DNA of 64,000 nucleotides from Eledone cirrhosa (Eukaryota): NCBI GenBank assembly GCA_964016885.1, contig OZ024754.1, positions 17,546,001 to 17,610,000 of the forward strand, read 5' to 3'. Shown piece by piece: positions 27,778 to 39,283 of this stretch (position 1 is its first letter; each line of letters starts with the position of its first letter). The notes under the pieces were generated by a model. It saw only the letters and a program-made list of their open reading frames with translations, ran no database searches and was not told where the DNA came from. The position numbers and the translations under genes were made by a program.

Positions 27778-27990
27778 TAATATATAAAATATAGTTGTAA
27801 TTCCGACTATAACAGATTTCAACGTTGATTCAAAGTAGAAAAGAAATAATAATAACGGTAAAGTTAAATCAATTATTTTCTATTTAAAAACAAAACAAAA
27901 TGCAAAATTCTATTTCGAGAAATGACAGTCTGACAGAGAACAGGATTTTTTTTTTGTATTTGGAAATAAATTATATAAAGTTTCTCTCAC

Positions 27991-28039
27991 CAGTCCATGT
28001 TACCTTTCCACAGGTTTTACAAGTCGTTTTCATACACAT
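27991..28039 (-). CDS. Probable first coding exon of a small zinc-ribbon-like protein (MCMKTTCKTCGKVTWT-G...)
   Basis: ATG with A at -3, 16 codons plus 1 nt, donor G|GTGAGA; resembles, from memory, an uncharacterised small-protein motif MCxxxxCxxCGKxTWxGCGxH; next exon not found in the window. Confidence 0.55.
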
Positions 28040-28367
28040 TATGAAATATTTTCGTATCTTTTTCTTTCTTTTAAAGACTAAAAGATATAATGGCAGTTTC
28101 CAGTGCTTTCTCAAAATGAATTAACTCTACAAAGTTGCAACAATTTTAGTTGAACTGCCGAACAACCGCAATTGAAACATCGTTGCTACGGTTAAAAAAA
28201 ATAGTTTCCCCCTTATTCCTCTTGTAACTATCAAATACTTCGTGTTTATATCATAAAATTCAATTACTTTTAATTAATTTCTAGACAATTATAAATATCT
28301 GTTTGCTAATTTTTGTAAGAGACAACAAATAAATAATATTATTATAATATATATTTGCAAGTATCTA

Positions 28368-28655
28368 GGTGGGAACACCGCGTAGGAGCGTCGGACAAAA
28401 TAATTTGCAGCACTCATTTACGGCCCTCTATGTTCTGAGTTAAAATCCCATTGAGGTCAACTTTGTCTGTCATCTTTCCCTAGCGTCAATAAAATATAAT
28501 TGTTTCTACTTTTGGCACAAGGCCAGCAATTATCTCAGTGTATTACTGGTGCTTTATTTTATCGACCCCGTAAGGATGAAAGGAAAATTTAACCTCGGCG
28601 GGATTTGAACTCAGACCATAAAGGGCCGTAACTCTTTGCTGCAAAGCATGGCGTT
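28368..28655. mobile_element. Two family A SINEs, one (minus, ~28497-28655) inserted into the other (plus)
   Basis: Family A core on both strands. Confidence 0.65.
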
Positions 28656-29714
28656 AGATCCTCAGTGAATTACTGGGGTTGATTTAATCAACTCTTTTCC
28701 TCGAATTGTTGGCCTTATGCTTAGTGAAAGCGCGTGGCTGAGTGGTTAGAGAATTAGATTCGCAATCGTGAACTCGATTCCCGGATTGTTGCTCCTTCTT
28801 CGGAATGACCACCACCCACTCGTTAAGCGAATGATGTCTGGGATCTTGTTGATCGACTGTTTTGGGTATTTTTGCTTATCCTATTCCAGAATGTAATCGC
28901 CCTTGCTACCAGGATCCTATGCTGGAATGAACTATGTAAATATTTTCAAATGTATCTGTCATTAAAAAAAAATCTGTCCGTAAACCTGTATCGTCAGATT
29001 TGGTTTCATACAACAAAAACTTTAAACAACATTGTTTTATCATAAAATATGTCAATATAAAATTGACAGATAAACCTTTTTCACTGATGTGAAGTAAAAT
29101 TATATATATAACCAAAATTACTTTTCGTGTTTATTCATCTTCAACAACAACCACACTAAAGTACGAGTAGAGGGGGGGGGGGGGGGGTAATACTGTCGTG
29201 TGTGTGTGTGAAGTACAGCTTTTCATTTAAACAGTTCTATAAAAAAATAAAAACTGGAAAAAATCCCCCAAATGAAAAATATGTAACTTGAAGACAGTTG
29301 TGTTTTTAATAAAAAAAAATATATATTTAACCCATACCACCCCACCTCAAACTGCTTCTCTTTCTATAAATCAAAACCACACCTTTTAACCTGACTCTGG
29401 TTCCACGAAATAAAACCACCCATTTTAAAGGTTTCCAATTTAAATTAAAATCTTCCAACATAATTTTATATAAGAACCTTACATTAAGTTACTACCTTAT
29501 TAATGAAAATATTAATAATTTTAGTAAATCCCTCAACATTTTTCTTTAATTAAAATATTCCAACATAATTTTATATAAGAACCTTATATCCTGATCATCA
29601 TATGTTAAGTTACTATCTTAGTAATGAAATTATCATGTGTTATGGTAATGAAATAATTAATAAATTTAGTAAATCGTTCAAAATTCTTCATTAATTAATC
29701 TCCTTCTTCCCCTG

Positions 29715-30499
29715 TTGATGTCAAGTCCCCCCAATGCACTTGGGATGCCATCCAGTGCAGCCTGGCCTCAGACAGGCTCACGCGCCAGCTCGACCAGCAC
29801 CGCCTTGCTTGTTCTCGTGCGGCCTCCAAACCCCACAGTGGTGCCTGACTACATGCCCTGCTACTCCATAGCCTGCGAATCAGCGTTTCCCTGAGGCTCG
29901 GCCTCCGGATCTGCCAGCCACACCAATGTCGCTGCAGTTCCACCGTGGAGTCTTTCGGCCTCCACCCGCTTTCTTGTCCCCACAGTGCCGGCTGCATTCC
30001 ACGCCATGCTGCCCTCAACGAGGTCATTAAGCATGGCTTGGACGCTGCAGGCTTCCCTTCCCAGCTCGAGCCAGTGGGGTTCGATCGAGGGGACGGCAAA
30101 AGACTAGATGACATGACCATCTTCCCATTCCGCGGTGGCAAACCCCTCATCTGGGATGCCACTTGCACCGACACTTTCTGCAGCCGCAACCTGGTGCAGT
30201 CTGCAACTGACCCAGGTTCTGCTGCACGTCGGGCTGAGGGGGCCAAATTCCTCAAATACTGGTCGCTCTCCGACAGGTTTGCGGTCGTTCCCCTGGCAGT
30301 GGAGACTTCTGGTGTCCTCGGCCCCAGGGTTACCTCCTTACTCACCACCATAGGCGCTGAGCTGACCAGCCGCAGGTGTGAGCCCCATGAGTTGGAGTGG
30401 CTTTTCCACCGCGTCTCCTTTGCCGTCCTCCGGGGAAACGCCTTCTCCATTCTGTCCGCCGGGGCTGTGGGTGGGCCCCATCGCGTACCAATACATTAG
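29715..30499 (+). mobile_element. CRE-clade non-LTR retrotransposon 3' fragment (Cys/His knuckle + restriction-like endonuclease)
   Basis: CRC...GLHPLSC...RHAALN...DGKRLDD(RPD-like)...WDATC...AEGAKFLKY...PLAVETSG...RGNA; markedly GC-rich relative to the flanks. Confidence 0.8.
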
Positions 30500-30967
30500 T
30501 TAAATACCATTTTTTCATCTGATATATCAACTATTAATTAAATTCTCTTTCCGACAAAAAAAAAAAAAAAATTCAGATAATTATTGTTCTAATATAAAAT
30601 GCAGAAGTGACGAAGGCATAGTCGTTAAAATATCGGATAGAATGCTTTTTCAAATCTCCAGTCTCTGAGTTCAAATCCTGCCATGGTCAACTTTGGTTTC
30701 CATTCTTTCGAGGTCGCGAATTAAATGTACCAGTCTAGTATTTATGTCGATTCTTACTCTATATTACTTCAACTCACATTCTCCATTTCTGGATTAAAAA
30801 TACAGTCAGAAAAGGGTCAAAGTGAATAGAGGTCACTTAAGTTGACAATACAAATATTTACCTTGACTCTAATCAATAGAGATCAATATTTGAAGCAGCA
30901 AACTACTAGATAAGTTTATTCTCCTCATATTGAGGGGGATATTACTTGACAATTAGAAGTAAATGAA

Positions 30968-31155
30968 ATAATTGTTTCTACTTTTGGCACAAGACCAGCA
31001 AATAACCCAGTACATTACTGGTACTTTATTTTATCGACCCCGTAAGGATGGAAGGCAAAGCTTACCTCGGCAGGATTTTGAACTCAGATCGTAAAGGGAC
31101 GTAACTACGCTGGAAAGCATGGCGTCCGACTCTACCGATACTACCAATCCACCAA
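30968..31155 (-). mobile_element. Family A SINE
   Basis: Reverse complement of the 1584-1773 family. Confidence 0.8.
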
Positions 31156-31446
31156 GTTAGAGAATACTAATGATTAATCCTGGATCAATAGCTGTTACTA
31201 TTGTTTGCTCTCTTTGATTTATGTTAGTTGTAAACATATATCTATTAGCAATCAATATTAGTGATTAGGGATGATAACAGCAACATGGTTGTCAGAAAAT
31301 ATTAGCAACACAGTTATGTCATTAAGCAATAGCAAAATTGCTATGTTATTATTGTGAGGAAGCGTAGGGACCTACCTTTGCATTTCCACTTGAGTCCAAA
31401 CTAAATTTCCCTGTGTCGATGTTCACCTGTTTTATGTCCAGCCAAA

Positions 31447-31935
31447 AGATCCAGAGAGCCTCTCATACACAATCATAGCATTCATGAACATATACGTCCA
31501 CACGGTACAACGTCCTGACCAAAGAACGCGGAAGGTCAGCAAACTCTGATGTCACATCACTGGCCCCTCACTTCCAGCAAGATTTCCCCTACACTTCCAG
31601 CACCCTAGCCCCACAGTTATAAAGCAGTGGTAAGGTTAACACCAATATGGCAATGGTTATGTTATATAACAGTAGCAAGGTTATGACCAATATGGCCATG
31701 TACATGCTACTGTTATATAATATAACCATTGCCATATTGGTGTTAACCTTACGACTGCTTTATAACTGTGGGGCTAGGGTGCTGGAAGTGTAGGGGAAAT
31801 CTTTCTGGAAGTGAGGGGCCAGTGATGCGACATCAGAGTTTGCTGACCTTCCGCGTTCTTTGGTCAGGACGTTGTACCGTGTGGACGTGTATGTTCATGA
31901 ATGCTATGATTGTGTGTGAGAGGCTCTCTGGATCT
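31447..31935. repeat. Long inverted repeat: 231-bp arms, 27-nt loop
   Basis: 31447-31677 versus 31705-31935; about 6 mismatches counted by eye. Confidence 0.92.
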
Positions 31936-32524
31936 GTTTAGCCTATGGTTAAATGTTCCACTAGATTGTTGTATTAAGCTAATAGAGAAGACAATTCAAA
32001 ACTATTCCTCTATATTCGTTTTCAATTGATTGGCCCAATTCAATGCCCAGGGGCAGTGATTTGGCAGTATCTGATCTGGGTCTCAGTTCAAATCTTACCT
32101 CCTCCTGCCAGGAGATGTGAATGGTAGATAGTAGCAGCAATAGAAAGACCAAAGGAAACATAAGTTTCCTTCACCCAAGCTGATAGTTGGCTCCTTTCTT
32201 CTGCTAGGAATTGTAATCAGATGATAGTAGCAGCAATAGAAAGACCTATGGAAACATAAGATTCCTTCATTTGATCTGCCAATCAGTTCCTTTTTTAGTA
32301 TTAAATAATATTGATTTCTAAACAAGACACAAAGCCAGCAAAATTTAAGGGAAGTGGAAAGTTGGTTAAATTAACCTCAGTATGTGATTAGGATTTTTAT
32401 TGACCCAATAGGATGAAAGGCAAAGCTGACTTTAATGGAACTCACAATGAAAAAGCCAGAACAAATACTATGATAGCATTTTATCCAATGCTCAACTAAT
32501 TCTGTCAATCCACCACTGTTGGTA

Positions 32525-32650
32525 TCAGGTCCGAGGAAGGAGCCCGCGAGGTGGGGTGGTTATTGCAGCGGGTGTCGCTAACCATTATCCGCGGGAATGC
32601 TTTTGCGGTCTTGTCTGCAGAGCACAGCCCATTTACCGCCACGCCCTAGG
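32525..32650 (+). mobile_element. Second CRE-like 3' fragment
   Basis: Translates EVGWLLQRVSLTIIRGNAFAVLSA, homologous to ELEWLFHRVSFAVLRGNAFSILSA at ~30390-30460. Confidence 0.7.
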
Positions 32651-32831
32651 CCCAGAGCCCAATCATACCCCCCCCCCCCCCCCCCCCCCGCCCCTATTCT
32701 TCTGTGACACTAGAGCCCTTGCCATTCCCTCCCTTTTCTGTTTTTTTTCTTTTTCTTTTTTCTTTATATTTTCTTATTTTACATTCCCTTCTTTCTTCTC
32801 AATCTAAATTTTCTTTTTTTCTTTTTCCATT

Positions 32832-33989
32832 AGTGGTCGTGTAAAAGACAGTAAAAAGCACCCAGCACACACTGTAAAGTGGTCATGTAAAAGACACAGT
32901 GAAAAGCACCCAGCCCACACTGTAAGGTGCTCGTGTAAAAGACACGGTAAAAAGTACCCAGCCCACACTGTAAGGTGCTCGTGTAAAAGACACGGTAAAA
33001 AGTACCCAGCCCACACTGTAAGGTGCTCGTGTAAAAGACACGGTAAAAAGTACCCAGCCCACACTGTAAGGTGCTCATGTAAAAGACACGGTAAAAAGTA
33101 CCCAGCCTACACTGTAAGGTGCTCATGTAAAAGACACCGTAAAAAGTACCCAGCCCACACTGTAAGGTGCTCATGTAAAAGACATGGTAAAAGGTACCCA
33201 GCCCACACTGTAAGGTGCTCATGTAAAAGACACAGTAAAAAGTACCCAGCCGCACTGTAAGGTGCTCATGTAAAAGACACGGTAAAAAGTACCCAGCCTA
33301 CACTGTAAGGTGCTCATGTAAAAGACACGGTAAAAAGTACCCAGCCTACACTGTAAGGTGCTCATGTAAAAGACACAGTAAAAAGTACCCAGCCACACTG
33401 TAAGGTGCTCATGTAAAAGACACAGTAAAAAGTACCCAGCCACACTGTAAGGTGCTCATGTAAAAGACACGGTAAAAAGTACCCAGCCCACACTGTAAGG
33501 TGCTCGTGTAAAAGACATGGTAAAAAGTACCCAGCCCACACTGTAAGGTGCTCATGTAAAAGACACAGTAAAAAGTACCCAGCCCACACTGTAAGGTGCT
33601 CATGTAAAAGACACGGTAAAAAGTACCCAGCCCACACTGTAAGGTGCTCGTGTAAAAGACACGGTAAAAAGTACCCAGCCCACACTGTAAGGTGCTCATG
33701 TAAAAGACACGGTAAAAAGTACCCAGCCTACACTGTAAGGTGCTCATGTAAAAGACACGGTAAAAAGTACCCAGCCCACACTGTAAGGTGCTCGTGTAAA
33801 AGACACGACCAACAAACACTGTAAATGTAGTTGGCACTAGGAAGGGCATCCAGGTGTAGAAAACCAGCCAGAAACAGTCCTATATGAGCGCGACATGGTC
33901 ACCCAACTTGCCTCTAAATGAGACAAACCTGTCCAACCCATGCTAGCATGGAAGATGGACATTAAACAATGATGGATGATGATGATGAT
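32832..33989 (+). repeat. ~48-bp minisatellite (~20 copies) ending in an RTE-type tail
   Basis: Unit gtaaaaagtacccagcccacactgtaaggtgctcatgtaaaagacacg; then gaagggcatcc...aacccatgctagcatgg...(gat)n. Confidence 0.92.
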
Positions 33990-34078
33990 TAAACTGTATT
34001 TATATGATTATTCCATAAATAACATTTATAGACACAATTTTTAAAAAAATATTAAGATTGAAAATGGTTCTGTGTTAC

Positions 34079-34159
34079 CTATGTGTGGCAATCATCATCA
34101 ATTAGTTTGTACTGATTGTATCTCCAAGGTTTATATAATATAACTGTCATACACTGGAC
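34079..34159 (-). CDS. Double-cystatin-like gene, exon 5 (VQCMTVILYKPWRYNQYKLIDDDCHT*)
   Basis: ttttacaaacAG acceptor, phase 0, cystatin PW motif and C-terminal Cys pair, TAG stop. Confidence 0.8.
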   Translation of the reverse strand, partial: VQCMTVILYKPWRYNQYKLIDDDCHT

Positions 34160-34524
34160 CTGTTTGTAAAAGGAATGGGTTAATGGATGAATTAATGTGA
34201 AACAAAGAGTCAAGTTGTTGTTGTTGGTGGTGGTAGTGGTGGTGGTGGTATCGGTGGTGATGGTATTGGTAATGTTGGTGGTGGTGGTGGTGGTGGTGTC
34301 GTGCTGGTGGGGTGGTGAGATGGTGGTGTGGTAGTATGGTGGTGGTGATAGTAGTGGAGATGTTGATGATGGCAGAGGTGGTGGTGGTGGGGTGATGGTG
34401 TTAGTGGTGGAGGTGACAATCAGGATGATGATGACAATGATGATGATAGTGAAACCAACCAAGAACTGAATGTATTTGTTATATATTTAGAGAGGAAGAA
34501 ATGTGGTATAAAATATAATCTTAC

Positions 34525-34593
34525 AGGTTTTTCTTTTGGTGATTTCAACTTCACAACTTCAACATTTATTATATAGATTATTCCAATTTCATA
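34525..34593 (-). CDS. Double-cystatin-like gene, exon 4 (YEIGIIYIINVEVVKLKSPKEKP)
   Basis: poly-T-cAG acceptor, GTAAGA donor, 69 nt, phase 0-0; aligns with cystatin xVxG-xxY-x-x-x-V-E. Confidence 0.82.
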
Positions 34594-34739
34594 CTGAAAA
34601 AAAAAATAGAGTAAAAAAATATAAATATTGACCCATTCGCGGCAATATTTCTAGTGAAATACATTCATTTCAATTAATTTATGAAGAATTTTGAGGTATT
34701 TACTAAAACTATTATTTATTTCACAAGATAGTATTTTAA

Positions 34740-35312
34740 ATGTAAAGTGGTAAGGTTGATGCCACAATAAAATACACCCAGTCCTCTCTGTAAAGTGGTA
34801 GTGCTGGTGTCACAATAAAATGTACCCAGTACACTCTGTAAAGTGGTAGTGCTGGTGCCACAATAAAATGTACCCAGTACACTTTGTAAAGTGGTAGTGT
34901 TGGTGCCACAATAAAATGTACCCAGTACACTCTGTAAAGTGGTAGTGTTGGTGCCACAATAAAATGTACCCAGTACACTCTGTAAAGTGGTAGTGTTGGT
35001 GCCACAATAAAATGTACCCTGTACACTCCGTAAGGTGACACCAGCACTACCATTTTACAGTGTACTGGGTACATTTTATTGTGGCACCAGCACTACCATT
35101 TTACAGAGTGTACTGGGTACATTTTATTGACACCAGCACTACCACTTTACAGAGTGTACTGGGTACATTTTATTGTGGCACCAGCACTACCACTTTACAG
35201 AGTGTACTGGGTACATTTTATTGTGGCACCAGCACTACCACTTTACAGAGTGTACGGGTACATTTTATTGTGGCACCAGCACTACCACTTTACAGAGTGT
35301 ACTGGGTGCATT
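34740..35312. repeat. 47-bp minisatellite arranged as two inverted blocks (switch near 35036)
   Basis: ~6 copies of tgtaaagtggtagtgctggtgccacaataaaatgtacccagtacactc, then ~6 reverse-complement copies. Confidence 0.92.
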
Positions 35313-35374
35313 TTGGAAATAGGATTTATAGCATTTATATTTTCTTCAAAATTTCCAGATAAGTAAAAGATTAC

Positions 35375-35596
35375 CTTTTTATAAGCCCTGATAATTTTAA
35401 CCAGTCTCCGGCCATACTTTTTCAGAGACATATTCAAGAATGGTTTCAGGGCTTGTATCTCGTGTCGTTTAGTATTGATGGATGGTGCCGGAATCTTTTT
35501 ACCTTTTGGTGTTACATACTTAAGGCAAGTGTACTTTTCCAAGGTGAAATTAGTATCATTGTAGATGTTCAAATAGAATGTACATTCATGACCATA
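35375..35596 (-). CDS. Double-cystatin-like gene, exon 3 (YGHECTFYLNIY...RRLVKIIRAYKK)
   Basis: cttttccactacAG acceptor, AAG|GTAATC donor, 222 nt open, phase 0-0; ends domain 1 and starts domain 2. Confidence 0.82.
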
Positions 35597-35931
35597 CTGT
35601 AGTGGAAAAGTATTGTTTGATGGTTATATTATTACAAAACAGTTGAGAAACAATATTTCCAAAGGAACAAGTTTAGATTTGAACTGGCAGGTGACCCAGA
35701 GGTTCAAATCCTACTCTGGTCACTAACTCTTAACATCTTGTAATGATTTAGCAGAAAATATTTCATAACAAGTTTGTTAATTCAAATGTTTATAGTATCT
35801 TTACTAGTGAACAGATCATTGTTTTTCTGCAATACCTAACTAGTACTTATATTATTAACCTTTCAAAAAGATAAAAACAAATTATACATGGTGGAATGTT
35901 TGTCTAAGAGTGAGGTAATTCAGTTGTGAAA

Positions 35932-36276
35932 TCATCATCATCATCATTTCATTTTACGTCCGCTTTTTCCCTGCTTGCAAGGGTGGGACGGGAACTGATT
36001 CTGGCTTGATTTCTACAGCTGGATGCCCTTCCTAACACCAACCTCATTTACAGTGAGTGCTGGGTGCTTTTTTGCCGTGGCACCTCCACAACCACTTTGC
36101 AGTAGAATGATAGGGACCCCAGCCCCTATCATCTCATTTCTACAGCTGAGTAAACTGGAGCAATGTGAAATAAAGTGTCTTGCTCAAGGAAACAACACAT
36201 CACCCGGTCTGAGAATTAAACTCACAACCTTTCGATTGCAAGGCCAATGCTCTAACCACTAAGCCATGTGCCTCCA
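35932..36276 (-). mobile_element. Full-length family B CORE SINE (intronic)
   Basis: Reverse complement of 21850-22190, including the ggaggcacatggcttagtgg head. Confidence 0.9.
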
Positions 36277-36346
36277 TATATATAATTTATAATAGGAATA
36301 AATATGAAACTTAAGATTGAGATGGTAATAATATCAAAATATATAA

Positions 36347-36567
36347 ATAATTGTTTCTACTTTAAGCACAAGGCCAGCAATTTTGGGGGAGAGGAAAGTC
36401 GATTAAATTGATCCCAGTGTGTGACTGGTACTTTATTTTATCAACCCCGTAAGGATGAAAAGCAAAGCTAACCTCAGCAGGATTTGAACTCAAAACATAA
36501 AGAACCATAACTCTATGCTGCGAAATATGGGATCTGATCTTCTACCGATACTGCTAATCCACCGCCC
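36347..36567 (-). mobile_element. Family A SINE (intronic)
   Basis: Family A head, core and aaagtagaaacaatta tail. Confidence 0.8.
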
Positions 36568-36781
36568 TTAAATTCAGATGAGTTAATCTTTTTCATTATT
36601 TTTAAAATATATAAATAATGAAAAAGATTAACTTATCTGAATTTGAATCGCTATGTTAAAAAAAAGAAATGTCTATGCCATAGAAATACCAAATTAAATA
36701 TTAGAAGTTATCTAGTCACATGTTCCACTATTTCTGTTATTCTAAAGCCTTTGGATTATTAAATATAGAAATCCTACGTAC

Positions 36782-36847
36782 CTCCAGTTTCATTTCTTTC
36801 TTGGAACTTACTCGACAAACAATCCGCATTGTTTCCTCTTCTCTGTG
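36782..36847 (-). CDS. Double-cystatin-like gene, exon 2 (HREEETMRIVCRVSSKKEMKLE)
   Basis: tttgtattttTAG acceptor, GAG|GTACGT donor, 66 nt, phase 0-0. Confidence 0.72.
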
Positions 36848-36913
36848 CTAAAAATACAAAACACCTTAAACTAAAATTAATAACAGCAAACCTCTGACAT
36901 AAATTTGTTTTAA

Positions 36914-37118
36914 CCCTTTAGTATTTACATTACTCTATATTTACTATTGTATTTTTGTGGTAAAGGCTTTACCTCACATAATTATTTCACATAATATTGA
37001 ATCTACGAGATTTTGATGTTAATTATTTTCAGAACAATGCCTTAACTTCAGTTACAGCTGGTTTGGACAGAAAGAGGTGAGAGAATGGCCAGATACGACC
37101 GGTTTAAATGCTAAAGGG
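36914..37118. mobile_element. piggyBac-type MITE
   Basis: TTAA|CCCTTTAG(T/C)ATTTA ... TAAATGCTAAAGGG|TTAA; a related end occurs at ~39920-40065. Confidence 0.78.
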
Positions 37119-37319
37119 TTAATGTTTAACATCCTGCAATGATTTAGTAGAAAATATCTAAAAAAAAATTTGGCAATTTAAGTATTTAGAGTATCTTTTC
37201 ATGTAAACAGAACAAAATCTAAAGAAAAAATTTTACCTCTAGAATAAAATTCATCATCATCATCATCATAAATAGTTCCAAGTTAAAAAGACAAAGAAGA
37301 AAAGCAAGAGAATACTAAC

Positions 37320-37535
37320 CAATGTTTCTGCCTCCACAACAGACGTAAGATGTAATGATGTATACGTGTTTTTCTTTATTGCACATGGACAAATAATATG
37401 AGAAACAGCATAGTTGGCCACTTTCTGAACAAAGGAGCTGTTCACGTTCAATTGTTCAGCTCTAATCCATCCAAAGAAACTTCCAGAAAATACCATTAGC
37501 AGAAATACTTTTACACACGTAGACCAAGAATCCAT
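37320..37535 (-). CDS. Double-cystatin-like gene, exon 1 (signal peptide + N-terminal helix of domain 1)
   Basis: MDSWSTCVKVFLLMVFSGSFFGWIRA|EQLNVNSSFVQKVANYAV...VVEAETL; donor TTG|GTTAGT, phase 0. Confidence 0.82.
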
Positions 37536-37626
37536 TGCACAAAATATATATCATCATCATCATGGATATAATATATATATATCATCATCATAAAATTATG
37601 ATCATCATCATAAAATTATGATGATG

Positions 37627-37706
<80 letters not shown>

Positions 37707-37872
37707 TTGTACAAGGATATGTCAGCTGGCATAACCCACTGATATTACCAACTAGCATGACCCACTGGTCATTGATTATTATGGCTCATCAATTGATCTA
37801 TTTGACAGTGTCTCATTTATTTGTAACTTATTGATTTCTGTAACACCCACATAGTTTTCAAATTTGATATTA

Positions 37873-39283
37873 AACAACAACACCAACAACAACAACAACA
37901 CCAATAACAACACAGACACCAACAACAACAACAATACCAACAACACCACCACTAACACAAACAACACCAACAACAACACCAACAACACCACCACCACCAA
38001 CAACACCAACAACACCAACAACAACAACAACACCACCAACAACACCAACACCACTAACAACACCACCAACAACACCACCAACAACACCACCACCAACAAC
38101 ACCACCACCAACAACACCACCACCAACAACACCACCAACAACACCACCTAAAACAACACCACCAACAACAACAACACCACCACCACCACCAACAACACCA
38201 ACACCACCCCACCACCACCAACACCACCACCAACAACAACAACACCACCATCAACAACACCACCAACAACACCACCACCACCAACAACACCACCACCACC
38301 AACACCACCAACAACACCACCAACAACACCACCACCTCCAACACCACCAACACCACCAACAACACCACCACCACCACCAACACCACCACCACCAACACCA
38401 ACACCACCACCAACACCACCACCAACAACAACACCACCACCACCAACAACACCACCACCAACAACACCACCAACAACACCACCACCACCACCAACACCAC
38501 CAACAACAACACCACCAACAACACCACCACCAACAACACCACCACCAACAACACCACCAACAACACCAACACCACCAACAACAACACCACCACCACCAAC
38601 AACACCACCACCACCAACAACACCACCACCACCAACAACACCACCACCAACAACACCACCAACAACACCAACACCACCACCAACACCACCAACAACAACA
38701 CCACCACCACCAACAACAACACCACCAACAACACCACCACCAACACCAACACCACCAACAACAACACCACCACCACCAACAACAACACGACCAACAACAC
38801 CACCACCACCAACAACAACACCACCAACAACAACACCACCACCACCAACAACAACACCACCAACAACAACACCAACACCACCACCAACACCACCAACAAC
38901 AACAACAACACCACCAACAACACCACCAACAACACCACCACCACCAACAACACCACCACCAACACCACCACCAACAACACCACCACCATCACCACCACCA
39001 CCAACACCACCACCAACAACAACACCACCACCACCAACACCACCACCAACACCACCACCACCAACAACAACAACACCACCACCAACAACAACACCACCAC
39101 CAACAACAACACCACCAACAACAACAACACCACCAACAACAACACCACCAACAACACCACCACCACCAACAACAACACCACCAACAACACCACCAACACC
39201 ACCACCAACACCACCAACAACAACAACAACACCACCACCAACACCACCAACAACAACAACAACACCAATACCAACAACAACAA
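37873..39283. repeat. Mixed (AAC/ACC)n trinucleotide repeat, ~1.4 kb
   Basis: Direct reading. Confidence 0.95.

Noticed and set aside
29695-30450. 251-aa minus-strand ORF
   Set aside because: Antisense shadow of the GC-rich CRE fragment
34200-34462. N-terminal part of ORF 34079-34462 (poly-Pro/Thr)
   Set aside because: Intronic (GGT)n microsatellite; the supported exon starts at the acceptor at 34159
37864-39283. Plus-strand Thr/Asn/Pro mucin-like protein, or minus-strand Val/Leu membrane protein
   Set aside because: Alternative frames of the trinucleotide repeat with no unique coding sequence or splice support
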